A stretch of DNA of 64,000 nt. It comes from Paracoccaceae bacterium. Its GTDB lineage: Bacteria; Pseudomonadota; Alphaproteobacteria; MPNO01; UBA830. The DNA lies in assembly GCA_047638395.1 (NCBI GenBank), contig JBLIMV010000002.1:162787-226786 (forward strand). The letters are read 5' to 3'. The position numbers and the translations under genes were made by a program. Position 1 is the stretch's first letter. Each line of letters begins with the position of its first letter. The notes under the pieces were generated by a model. The model was given only the letters and a program-made list of their open reading frames with translations, did not search any database and was not told the DNA's origin. Shown piece by piece: positions 9,795 to 18,722 of this stretch.

Positions 9795-11159
9795 ATGTCC
9801 GGAAATCTGAGCGAACTTGTGGGGCGCGGCCGGGTCAGCCGGCGGCTGTATACCGACCCAGCGATTTTCGAAGAGGAGATGAAACGCATCTTCGGCCGTG
9901 CCTGGCTCTGGCTTGGGCATGAGAGCCAGATCAAGAACCCGGGCGATTTCTTCACCACGCGCATGGGCCGCGACCGGATCATCGTCGCCCGGCACGACGA
10001 CGGTGAAATATACGCCTTCCATAACCGCTGCACCCATCGCGGTGCCGAGGTCTGTCCCAAAAAATCGGGCAACGCGGCGCATTTCGAATGCCCCTATCAC
10101 GCCTGGACATTCCGCACCGACGGCTCGCTCAAATCGGTGCCACTGCGCAAGGGCTACGATTCCGGTTTTGATGCGCGGATCGACGCCCTGGCGCTCGAAC
10201 CCGTCGCACGGCTGGACAGCTACCAGGGGTTTATCTTCGGAAGCCATGCCGCCGACGGAGACGACCTGCAGACCTATCTCGGCCCGGATGTCCGCGCCGC
10301 GTTCGATAATTTCATCGACCGGTCGCCGGACGGCACGGTGGAGATGGCGGGCGGCACCACGGTGCAGCGCTATCGCGGCAACTGGAAGCTTCAGATCGAG
10401 AATTCCATCGACCTTCTGCACCCGCTGATCCTGCATAACAGTGCGGTCGATGCCGCGGACCGGGTCGATCACGGCGGGCGCGAGCCGTCCATCGAATGGG
10501 ACACAGTCAAGGCAAACGGGCTCAGCTTCAGCGAATGGGACGAATTGCATGTCGCCGCCCTGCCCCGTGGCCATTGCTGGATGGGTGGATTCCTGACCAA
10601 GTCGATCGACGACGATGCCGAAAAGGCCGTCATGGACGAAAACGGCTGGCGGGCCCTGCAGTCCCAGTACCGCGACACCATGATCGCGGCCCATGGCGAA
10701 GAACGGACGGATGAAGTGCTCGCCTTCAACCGTCACAACACCATCGTCTATCCCAATCTGTTGGTGAATTCCCGCCTGGCGCAGATCCGTATTCTGCACC
10801 CGTCGGCGGCGGACTGCACCGAGCAGCACGGCTACATCTTCCGCCGCGGCGGCGCACCGGAACGCATGTTCGAAGCATCGGTCCGGATGGTGAACGCCAA
10901 TAACTCACCATCATCCATCGTGACCAGCGACGACCACGAAGTGTTCGAACGCATTCAGGAAGCACTGGAATTCGGCACGTCCGAATGGCTCGACTGGTCA
11001 CGCGGGATCGATCAGGAGCGTGAACTGGAAGGCGGCACCGGCGGCGCCGGCACCAATGAAGTGGCAATGCGCAACCAGCACCGCGCCTGGGCGGAATATA
11101 TGGCGGCCGAATACATAGTGGACGAAGACAGGGCGCCCGCACCCATGGCAGACGCCTGA
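9795..11159 (+). CDS. Rieske aromatic ring-hydroxylating dioxygenase, alpha subunit
   Basis: Rieske motif CTHRGAEVC...CPYHAW. Strong RBS (GAAGGGAA) before ATG 9795. The ORF-track start at 9741 is probably too early. Confidence 0.8.
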   Translation: MSGNLSELVGRGRVSRRLYTDPAIFEEEMKRIFGRAWLWLGHESQIKNPGDFFTTRMGRDRIIVARHDDGEIYAFHNRCTHRGAEVCPKKSGNAAHFECPYHAWTFRTDGSLKSVPLRKGYDSGFDARIDALALEPVARLDSYQGFIFGSHAADGDDLQTYLGPDVRAAFDNFIDRSPDGTVEMAGGTTVQRYRGNWKLQIENSIDLLHPLILHNSAVDAADRVDHGGREPSIEWDTVKANGLSFSEWDELHVAALPRGHCWMGGFLTKSIDDDAEKAVMDENGWRALQSQYRDTMIAAHGEERTDEVLAFNRHNTIVYPNLLVNSRLAQIRILHPSAADCTEQHGYIFRRGGAPERMFEASVRMVNANNSPSSIVTSDDHEVFERIQEALEFGTSEWLDWSRGIDQERELEGGTGGAGTNEVAMRNQHRAWAEYMAAEYIVDEDRAPAPMADA

Positions 11160-11160
11160 G

Positions 11161-11673
11161 ATGCCCCCCGGCGCGACGGCATCACTCGAACGCTGGCACA
11201 CGGTACAGCAGTTTCTGTTTCACGAAGCCCGGTTGCTGGACGAACGCCACTGGGACGACTGGCTGAATCTATACCAGGACGATGCCGAATACTGGATGCC
11301 CTATGAATGGGGACAACAGAGCGCGACCGACCATGTGTCGCTGTTCTTTGAAGACAAAACCCTGCTGCGGATGCGGATCGACCGGTTGAAGAACGATCTG
11401 TCGCCGCTCGAATGGCCGCCGGCGCGGACCAACCGGCACCTTTCCAATGTGCAGATCACCGACGATACCGGCGACCGGGTAACCGCGACCGCGTATCTCG
11501 CCTTCGTCGAATACCGGCGTGAGGAGCAGCGCTGGTATTCAGGCCGCGTCACCTGGGCGCTCGACGCGGCCGGGGACGGAAACGGGGACGGCTTTCGGAT
11601 CGCGGCCAAGCGGGTCGATCTGCTGAACTGCGATCAGGAAAGCGGGCATCTGCGGTTTGCGGCACCGATGTAG
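11161..11673 (+). CDS. aromatic ring-hydroxylating dioxygenase, beta subunit (SnoaL-like)
   Basis: Start is 2 bp after the alpha-subunit stop. Beta-subunit signature FLFHEARLLDERHWDDWLNLY. Confidence 0.8.
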   Translation: MPPGATASLERWHTVQQFLFHEARLLDERHWDDWLNLYQDDAEYWMPYEWGQQSATDHVSLFFEDKTLLRMRIDRLKNDLSPLEWPPARTNRHLSNVQITDDTGDRVTATAYLAFVEYRREEQRWYSGRVTWALDAAGDGNGDGFRIAAKRVDLLNCDQESGHLRFAAPM

Positions 11674-11863
11674 GGTCGTTGATCGCCAGCGTGAATGATC
11701 GCACCACCCAAGGGAGCAATACTGAATGTCACCCCAGCCTTGTGCCGGGGTCCAGTCTTCAAAGGCACCACACCTGGGTCCCGGCACAAGGCCGGGATGA
11801 CACATTGATCGTCCTGTCCAATATCTGTTGAGCCGTGAAACGTGCTAAAGGGTCACCGCAATC

Positions 11864-12994
11864 ATGGCAGTTCGTTTTTCCTTTTATTACGCAGCGATCT
11901 TTCTGGCGGTCGGCATTCATCTGCCGTTCTGGCCGGCATGGCTGAAATATCGCGGGCTCGACGCGACGGAGATCAGTTTGATCCTGTCGGTTGCCGTGTG
12001 GATACGCGCCTTCGCCAGCCCGCTGATCGCCCATTTCGCTGACCGCTCAGGCGCCCATAAGAAAATCATCATGATCTCGGCGGGCGGCGGCGTGATTACC
12101 TATGCGCTGTTCGGCATCGCCGACGGGTTCTGGGCACTGTTCGTGGTCAACGTGCTGGCGAGCGCGATGTTCATGGCGCTGATACCGCTCGGCGAAAATC
12201 TCGCATCCCGCGCCTCGGTCGAACACGGCTTCGATTACGGACGCGTGCGACTGTGGGGATCGATCACATTTATCCTTGCCGCCTATGCGGGCGGCTGGGT
12301 GGTCGAACGGTCCGGCGATGAAGCGATCCTGTGGATGATTGTCGCGGCGATGGTCGCGGCCTTTGTCGCCGGATTCGGCCTGCCCGACCGGCCGGCGCGC
12401 GACCGGCCAGTGGTGCGGTTTCCCGCCTTCGTGTTGTTGCGGCAAAAACCGTTCCTGGTGTTTATCGCCGCGGTCAGCCTGCTGCAGTCGAGCCACGCGG
12501 TGCTCTATGTGTTCGGGACGATCCACTGGCGAGAAGCGGGACTGCCGGACGATGTGATCGGCGCGCTGTGGGCCGAGGGCGTGATCGCCGAGATTATCCT
12601 GTTTGCCTTCTCGGGCGCGGTCCTCGCCCGGATCAGCCCGATACGGCTGATGTATATCGCTGCCATCGGCGGCATTATCCGCTGGGTGATCCTGGCAAAC
12701 ACGACCGACATCGGGATGCTGTTTGCGACCCAGTGGCTCCACGGGCTGACATTCGGTGCGGCCCATCTGGCGGCGATGCATCACATGCTGCAAACGATAC
12801 CGGAACACATGTCGGCATCGGCGCAGAGCCTGTATTCGGGCTTTGCCATCGGTCTGGTGATGGGCCTGACAATGCTGGTCGCGGGCGGTTTATATGAAAA
12901 TCTGGCAGGCGGCGCGTTCTACGCGATGATCGGACTGTCCGCCGCCGGGGGGGCCGCCGCTATCTGGCTGGCCCGACTAAAGCAGCCCGTTTAG
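11864..12994 (+). CDS. MFS transporter (HcaT/3-phenylpropionate-transporter-like)
   Basis: 12-TM hydropathy pattern. MFS_1-like family sequence. Confidence 0.7.
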   Translation: MAVRFSFYYAAIFLAVGIHLPFWPAWLKYRGLDATEISLILSVAVWIRAFASPLIAHFADRSGAHKKIIMISAGGGVITYALFGIADGFWALFVVNVLASAMFMALIPLGENLASRASVEHGFDYGRVRLWGSITFILAAYAGGWVVERSGDEAILWMIVAAMVAAFVAGFGLPDRPARDRPVVRFPAFVLLRQKPFLVFIAAVSLLQSSHAVLYVFGTIHWREAGLPDDVIGALWAEGVIAEIILFAFSGAVLARISPIRLMYIAAIGGIIRWVILANTTDIGMLFATQWLHGLTFGAAHLAAMHHMLQTIPEHMSASAQSLYSGFAIGLVMGLTMLVAGGLYENLAGGAFYAMIGLSAAGGAAAIWLARLKQPV

Positions 12995-13033
12995 GCTGCC
13001 CAACTAAAGCAAGCTCGACTAACCAAAAGCCGT

Positions 13034-13240
13034 TTAGTGAAGCTGCTCTTCGTGGTCCATCGACGTGCGGATCAGCAGGAAGACAAACAGCACGGCGAAG
13101 ACGAATATCGCCAGACCGCCATAATAGCCGAGGCCGACGCCGGCCCGTGCCGCGACGAACAGGCCGCCGAGGCCCATCACGATGGTGGCAAAGCCGAGAA
13201 TCCAGTTCGAAAAATTGTTCATAGCCTGTTCCGCCGTCAA
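13034..13240 (-). CDS. small two-TM membrane protein (hypothetical)
   Basis: 68 aa with two hydrophobic helices (ILGFATIVMGLGGLFVAA and GLAIFVFAVLFVFLLI). Confidence 0.4.
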   Translation of the reverse strand: MTAEQAMNNFSNWILGFATIVMGLGGLFVAARAGVGLGYYGGLAIFVFAVLFVFLLIRTSMDHEEQLH

Positions 13241-13303
13241 TCTATTGGTCTGCCAAATCGTCTGCCGGGATAAATAAACGCTCCCGGGGTTCTTCGCAAC
13301 GCG

Positions 13304-14776
13304 CTATTCCGCCGCATTCGCAGGCGGGCCTGGTTCGGCGGCGCCGGTCTGCGCCGTCCGCCCGAAGCGCACGCGCTCTCGTTTCTCTTCTACCGGCAGG
13401 CGCAGCACGAATGTCGTGCCGTCCTCGCCGCTTCGCGCCAGTTCCGCATCGCCGCCGTGACCACGCATCAAATCGCGGGCAATGGCGAGTCCGAGGCCGG
13501 TACCGCCAACACGGGTAGAGCCCTGAAATGGCTCAAACAGGTGATCACGCACCTTGGCCGGCAGGCCGGGGCCGTTATCGGCGACCTCGATCGATGTCAT
13601 CTCTGCATCGGCCTGGGCCGTCACCGCAACCTTGGTCGCACCTGCCTGAAAGGCATTAAGCACCAAATTGGATAACACCCGGTAAAGCTGGTCCCGGTCG
13701 GCAAATATATGCAATTCGCGGGCGACCGAGTTCTCGATCATGCCGCTCTGGCGTTCGCGGGCCGAAATCTCGGTTGCAATGTCGCTGACCAGCCCGGCGA
13801 GATCGAAATGCGTGAGTTCGGGCGCCGGTGTGCCCTCGTTGGAAAATGTCAGCGTCCGGCTGCACAACGCCACCGCGCGGTCGATTGCGCCGAGCAGCGT
13901 CGGCGCTATGCGCTTTACGTTCGGGTCGGCACTATCCGATACATGATCGGAGACCAGCTGCGCGGTTGCCAGAATATTGCGCAGGTCGTGATTGATCTTG
14001 GTGACCGCGGTGCCGAGTGCCGCCAGGCGGGCGCGCTGTTTGAGCGCATCGCGCAGACGCCGCTGCATCTGGGCCAGTTCGCGCTGGGCCCGGCCGATCT
14101 CGTCGCGCCGGCGGCTGGGACGGATCAGACGGCGGGCGTCTTCGGGATTGCGGCGGAATTTTTCCATGCTGTCGGTGATGCCCAGCATCGGGCGCACGAA
14201 CAGCCATTGCAGGCTGAGGAACACCAGTGTCGCGGTCATCAGCGAAATCATGACGGAGAGGAGAAGGATCCTGCTGGAATAATCCAGCATCATTTCGCGC
14301 AGGACCCATTCGTTAATCACTGTTTCGACCAGGACATCCGGATTTGTCGGCGACGGCCCGACGATGCGGATCATCCGGCGGTCGGTATTCCACATCACCG
14401 ACAGCGCCTCGCCGATCAACGCGAAGAACTCCTTGTCCCGCGTATCGTAACCCGCATGAACCTTGGGCGGCATGTTGCGGCTCAGCATTAAGGCCTTGGA
14501 TTCGGGGCGGCGCAGAACAATCCCGTAGGACTTCGCGCTTTTGAGCAGTTCTTCGAGCAACGCGGTGCTGACGCGGTTATCGGTCGGCGCTTCGAGTGCG
14601 AGGCTCGCCAGATGGGCGGCGGCGATCCGCTCTTCCATATAGGTGATGCGGTAGCGGCCGATAGACGGCGCATAGATAAAAACCTCGCTCAGCATCACGA
14701 AGAACATCGTGAGCAGCAGCAGCCGCGCGGACATCCCGGTCAGAAGCATCGGCAGGCGTTTGGGTTTCTCATCCAT
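13304..14776 (-). CDS. sensor histidine kinase (two N-terminal TM segments, HisKA + HATPase_c); no response regulator nearby
   Basis: H-box INHDLRNILATAQL. G-boxes GGTGLGLAIA. Confidence 0.8.
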   Translation of the reverse strand: MDEKPKRLPMLLTGMSARLLLLTMFFVMLSEVFIYAPSIGRYRITYMEERIAAAHLASLALEAPTDNRVSTALLEELLKSAKSYGIVLRRPESKALMLSRNMPPKVHAGYDTRDKEFFALIGEALSVMWNTDRRMIRIVGPSPTNPDVLVETVINEWVLREMMLDYSSRILLLSVMISLMTATLVFLSLQWLFVRPMLGITDSMEKFRRNPEDARRLIRPSRRRDEIGRAQRELAQMQRRLRDALKQRARLAALGTAVTKINHDLRNILATAQLVSDHVSDSADPNVKRIAPTLLGAIDRAVALCSRTLTFSNEGTPAPELTHFDLAGLVSDIATEISARERQSGMIENSVARELHIFADRDQLYRVLSNLVLNAFQAGATKVAVTAQADAEMTSIEVADNGPGLPAKVRDHLFEPFQGSTRVGGTGLGLAIARDLMRGHGGDAELARSGEDGTTFVLRLPVEEKRERVRFGRTAQTGAAEPGPPANAAE

Positions 14777-14821
14777 GGAGGGGACTATAGCGAAGCTCCC
14801 CGGCAGGCTCTACGCCCTTGA

Positions 14822-14858
14822 TATAAAAGAAAACGCCCTCCCCGAGGGGGAGGGCGTT
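14822..14858 (-). terminator. rho-independent terminator downstream of the Cys-rich small-protein gene
   Basis: Perfect 12-bp inverted repeat AACGCCCTCCCC-GAG-GGGGAGGGCGTT, followed on the minus strand by TTTTCTTTT. Confidence 0.6.
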
Positions 14859-14890
14859 CGATAGCTTCGTAAAAGCGTGAAGAAACGCTC

Positions 14891-15154
14891 TTACATTTTC
14901 TTTTTTGCACCGCAGGGATTGCAGGGATTCTTCGCCTTGCAAGGATTACAGGGGTTCTTCGCGGCGCAGGGATTTTTCGCCTTGCACGGATTGCAGGGGT
15001 TCTTCGCTGCACACGGGTTCTTCGCTTTGCACGGACCGCAGGCGGCGATCTGGACCAGCGTGTCACTGGAAATGCCAGCCGCGGCGGCAGGCATTGCGAC
15101 GGTGCCGGCGGCGAGAGCAACAACGCTGAGGGTCGTGATGGTTTTCTTGATCAT
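14891..15154 (-). CDS. small secreted cysteine-rich protein made of tandem (K)AKNPC / NPC repeats
   Basis: Signal peptide MIKKTITTLSVVALAAGTVAMPAAAA, then CKAKNPCAAKNPCNPC repeated. The underlying DNA is a 15-nt tandem repeat. Confidence 0.6.
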   Translation of the reverse strand: MIKKTITTLSVVALAAGTVAMPAAAAGISSDTLVQIAACGPCKAKNPCAAKNPCNPCKAKNPCAAKNPCNPCKAKNPCNPCGAKKKM

Positions 15155-15317
15155 AGATTATCTCCCAATGACGATACGTAAATCTGGGACTGCGGAGGAA
15201 TTCCGCTGTCCCAGTGATTAGATGGGGATTCCTCCCGCCAAACAATGCACACTATGCTCACCGGTTCTCAACTAGTTGTGAGCATGAGGTTTTATCCACC
15301 GAAGACAGCGCAGAATC

Positions 15318-16757
15318 TCAACCCAGCTTCAGCAGGAATCGGACAATTTTCTTCGTCTTCTCGCTGAACAGCTTCGGCGTGTAATAGCTGCCCGCGGCCC
15401 GCTTGTTCACTTCGCCAAGCGTCGGATAGGGAATAATCAGCCCCGCGACAGCGCCGATTTTCATTTTCTTCTGGATCGGCAGAAGCCAGCTTTGCAGCAA
15501 TTCACCGGCATGGGGGCCGACAATCGACGCGCCGACGACAACCCCCTTGGCCGTGGTGATAACCTTGGCCATGCCGTCGGTTTCCCGTTCTGCCTGGGCA
15601 CGGTCGTTCTCGGCGAAGGGATGCCGCAAGACGCGGATATCTCCATGTTTTTCCTTGGCCTGGGCCTCGGTCATACCGACATGGGCCAGTTCCGGGTCGG
15701 TATAGGTAACCCAGGGCAGCGCCGAATAATCAACCTTCGCCGGCAGCCGGAACAGCACGTTCCGGATCACAATACCCGCGTGATACCCGGCTACATGGGT
15801 AAACTGGAACCCGCCGGCCACATCGCCGATGGCGAAGACTTTCTTGTTGGTCGTACGCAGCCGAGCATCCACTGTGATGCCGCGCTTGTCATATTCGATA
15901 CCGGCTGCTTCAAGATCGAGCCCGTCGAGATTGGGCACGCGTCCGGCAGATACCAGCAGGTCCGATCCTTCGATACGTTCTTCCTTGCCCCCACCTTCGG
16001 TGTCGGGGTCTTCAATAATCACGGCAACACCATTATTGGCGCGCTCGACCTTTACGATCTTGATGCCTTCGCGCATCACGATGCCCTCGGCCTTCATCCG
16101 GTTTTTGACGACCTCGGTCAGTTCGGGGTCGTCTTTTCCCAGCACAGAGAACATCTCGAGGATCGTCACCTTGCAGCCAAGCCGCCGATGCGCCTGGGCA
16201 AGCTCACTGCCGATGGGCCCACCACCGATCACGATCAGGTGGTCGGGCGCCGCCTTTTTATCGAAGACCGTCTCGTTGGTCAGGAACGGTACGTCTTCCA
16301 GGCCCGGGATCGGCGGCACGCCGGCACGAGAGCCGGTCGATATCACGACGCGCTTCGCAGTAATGACGGTGTCACCCGCCTGCACCCTGTTTCGGCCAAT
16401 GAACCTGCCGCGCTCCTGAATGACGCGAACGCCCATGCCTTCAAACCGTTCGACGGAATCGTGCGGGGCGATGGCGCCGATGACGCCGTGGACATGGTCA
16501 TGAACCTTTTCGAAATCGACCTTGGGTTCCCCGCTGTCGATCCCGAACCGGCCGGCGCTGCGCACCGCGTGGGCCGCATGGGCCGCCGCAATCATCGCCT
16601 TGGACGGGACACAGCCATAGTTCAGGCAGTCACCGCCCATCTTGCCGCTTTCGAGCAGGACCACGTCGGCCCCCATCTGGGAAGCACCGGCAGCAACGGA
16701 CAAACCTCCGGAGCCGCCGCCGATGACGCAAATGTCGGCGGTAATTTCGTTCGTCAT
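15318..16757 (-). CDS. FAD-dependent pyridine-nucleotide disulfide oxidoreductase (dihydrolipoyl dehydrogenase / mercuric-reductase-like family)
   Basis: GGGSGG FAD motif. Redox-active disulfide GGDCLNYGCVPSK. C-terminal dimerisation domain. 479 aa. Confidence 0.8.
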   Translation of the reverse strand: MTNEITADICVIGGGSGGLSVAAGASQMGADVVLLESGKMGGDCLNYGCVPSKAMIAAAHAAHAVRSAGRFGIDSGEPKVDFEKVHDHVHGVIGAIAPHDSVERFEGMGVRVIQERGRFIGRNRVQAGDTVITAKRVVISTGSRAGVPPIPGLEDVPFLTNETVFDKKAAPDHLIVIGGGPIGSELAQAHRRLGCKVTILEMFSVLGKDDPELTEVVKNRMKAEGIVMREGIKIVKVERANNGVAVIIEDPDTEGGGKEERIEGSDLLVSAGRVPNLDGLDLEAAGIEYDKRGITVDARLRTTNKKVFAIGDVAGGFQFTHVAGYHAGIVIRNVLFRLPAKVDYSALPWVTYTDPELAHVGMTEAQAKEKHGDIRVLRHPFAENDRAQAERETDGMAKVITTAKGVVVGASIVGPHAGELLQSWLLPIQKKMKIGAVAGLIIPYPTLGEVNKRAAGSYYTPKLFSEKTKKIVRFLLKLG

Positions 16758-16804
16758 GTCAGATACCTTATTTTGGGCAGTATGGTTCAGGCAGGCTGGG
16801 TGGT

Positions 16805-17671
16805 TCAGGCCGACGGAGCGGCTTTCCGCGCTTTGATCTTCTTATAGACGATCGGAATGCACGCGAGGACCGCAAGCCCGACAATCGGCGCCAGGAAACG
16901 CGGCGCGAAAATTATGCCGAGATTGAGATCGCCCCCGGCATCGAGCACCGCACCTGCACCGTCACCGACCAGCGCATAGACAAAAGCGCCCGGGATAATT
17001 CCAAGAAGTGTGCCGATCGTATAGGTCCGCAGGCTGACGCCGAGGAATGCCGGCACGAGATTCACAAGCCAGAACGGAAACAGCGGGACAAGACGCAGGA
17101 TAAGCAGGTAGCTCAGCTCGTTTTCGCGAAACCCGGCCTCCATGCGTTTAATCGCGGGGCCGGCCTTGGCGCGCAGAATATCCCCGACGGCGTACTTGGC
17201 GGCCAGAAAAACACCGACCGCGCCGATGGTCGCGCCGATCACCACATAGACGGTGCCGAGATACGGCCCGAACATAAACCCGCCGGCAATGGTGATAAAC
17301 ACGGCACCGGGAATGGAAAACGCCACCGCAACGGCGTAGATCCCGGCGAAGACCAGCGCCGACAGGGTGCCGTAATTGGTGACCCAGGACTGGAGTACCT
17401 CGCGGTTCTCTTTCAGCGCATCAAGCGAGATGTACTGATTTAGATCGAATGCGAAAAACGCAGCCAGACCGGCCGTCAGAAGGCCCAGCGGGATAATCCG
17501 TCCAAGCGAAAACACCGATTTCTTCTTCGGCGCGGCTTCGACATTCTCTGTTGCGTCATCCATGGGAGGGCCTTTCGGGGTTATATTCTTATTTATGCCA
17601 CCGGAAGGGGCCGGCGTCGCCGTGGAAGGGGAATTGACGATATCCGTGGTGGTCGCGGTTGGAGACACCAT
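16805..17671 (-). CDS. TVP38/TMEM64 (DedA/SNARE-associated) family membrane protein
   Basis: DedA-like TM core. Strong SD (AAGGGAGGA, 7-nt spacer) before ATG at 17671. An alternative start is MDD at 17566. Lies directly upstream of the disulfide reductase. Confidence 0.65.
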   Translation of the reverse strand: MVSPTATTTDIVNSPSTATPAPSGGINKNITPKGPPMDDATENVEAAPKKKSVFSLGRIIPLGLLTAGLAAFFAFDLNQYISLDALKENREVLQSWVTNYGTLSALVFAGIYAVAVAFSIPGAVFITIAGGFMFGPYLGTVYVVIGATIGAVGVFLAAKYAVGDILRAKAGPAIKRMEAGFRENELSYLLILRLVPLFPFWLVNLVPAFLGVSLRTYTIGTLLGIIPGAFVYALVGDGAGAVLDAGGDLNLGIIFAPRFLAPIVGLAVLACIPIVYKKIKARKAAPSA

Positions 17672-17871
17672 AACAAATCCTCCCTTTTTTGTTGCCTGTC
17701 GGGCGCATTATCAACGGCATATCGCCGCTTCCGGTCTCCGATATCTGGATTTCGGCTGCGCCCAAGGCTAATCAACACCCTGTAAACAAAGCGTGAGGGG
17801 CCCGAAAAACCCTGTGATGGAGCCATCTTTGGCCCAAATCGCATCAATATGGCAATCACGTCGCTGTTTCG

Positions 17872-17900
17872 TTGACTTGGCCGAACCAAAACCTTATACA
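17872..17900 (+). promoter_or_regulatory. sigma70-like promoter for rpmH-rnpA-yidD-yidC
   Basis: TTGACT (-35), 17-bp spacer, TATACA (-10), about 40 bp upstream of the rpmH start. Confidence 0.5.
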
Positions 17901-17940
17901 CCGGGCCTGTTTTTCGACCAGATCGTAGCCGGAGTCAGCC

Positions 17941-18075
17941 TTGAAACGTACATTCCAACCCAGCGTCATCGTACGCAAACGTCGGCACGGCTTTCGCGCG
18001 CGCAAGCAAACCGTAGGCGGTCGCCGGGTGTTATCCCGTCGCCGTGCAAGGGGCCGCAAGCGTCTTTCCGCTTAA
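17941..18075 (+). CDS. rpmH: 50S ribosomal protein L34
   Basis: TTG-initiated 44-codon ORF translating to [51 protein letters not shown]. Absent from the ORF track because it is under 60 aa. Confidence 0.9.
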   Translation: MKRTFQPSVIVRKRRHGFRARKQTVGGRRVLSRRRARGRKRLSA

Positions 18076-18079
18076 TCCG

Positions 18080-18466
18080 ATGGGCGCACATCTTGAGCGC
18101 CTAAAAACCCGCCGTCAGTTTCTAAGAGTGGCAGCGGGCAAACGGAAATGGGCCGCACCGGGCATCGTGCTGCAGGTTGCGCCCCAGCCACCCGAAGACC
18201 GGGCGGCATCGGAAGGGCCTCGCTATGGCCTCACGGTAAGTAAGCGTGTCGGGAATGCCGTGATACGAAACCGTGCCCGCAGGCGTCTGCGGGCGGCGGC
18301 GGAGGAAGTTCTTTCGAACTGTGCCCTGACAGCGCACGACTATGTCCTGATCGGGCGGCAGGGAACGCCAACGCGGAACTTCCGCGCTCTGAAAAACGAC
18401 CTGGAAACGGGGCTGCGCAAGCTCGGAGCGTTCCGGCAGGCCGCTGAGGAAAACGGAACGGCATGA
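18080..18466 (+). CDS. rnpA: ribonuclease P protein component
   Basis: Follows rpmH. RnpA-like basic sequence ([11 protein letters not shown]...). The ORF-track start at 18044 overlaps rpmH, so ATG 18080 is preferred. Confidence 0.8.
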   Translation: MGAHLERLKTRRQFLRVAAGKRKWAAPGIVLQVAPQPPEDRAASEGPRYGLTVSKRVGNAVIRNRARRRLRAAAEEVLSNCALTAHDYVLIGRQGTPTRNFRALKNDLETGLRKLGAFRQAAEENGTA

Positions 18467-18720
18467 ACGCTCTAAAAACACTCATCGTCAGGATATCAAG
18501 CATGCTGCTTATCGGCATCGCACGGGGGTATCAGCTTCTGATATCTCCTGTATTGCCGCAGACCTGCCGGTTTCATCCAACATGTTCGGGATACGCTATC
18601 GATGCAATCCGACTGCACGGCCCCGGCCGCGGCGGATTACTGGCGTTACGGCGTATTGCCCGCTGCCACCCATGGGGCGGTCAGGGATTTGATCCCGTGC
18701 CCGACGGAGACGGACGCTAA
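18463..18720 (+). CDS. yidD: membrane protein insertion efficiency factor YidD
   Basis: [23 protein letters not shown] signature. 4-bp overlap with rnpA. Confidence 0.85.
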   Translation: MNALKTLIVRISSMLLIGIARGYQLLISPVLPQTCRFHPTCSGYAIDAIRLHGPGRGGLLALRRIARCHPWGGQGFDPVPDGDGR

Positions 18721-18722
18721 TT

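Noticed and set aside
9789-10829. 346-aa minus-strand ORF
   Set aside because: Antisense to the Rieske dioxygenase alpha subunit, which has an unambiguous Rieske motif on the plus strand.
12047-12808. 253-aa minus-strand ORF
   Set aside because: Antisense shadow of the MFS transporter. Arg/His-rich nonsense composition.
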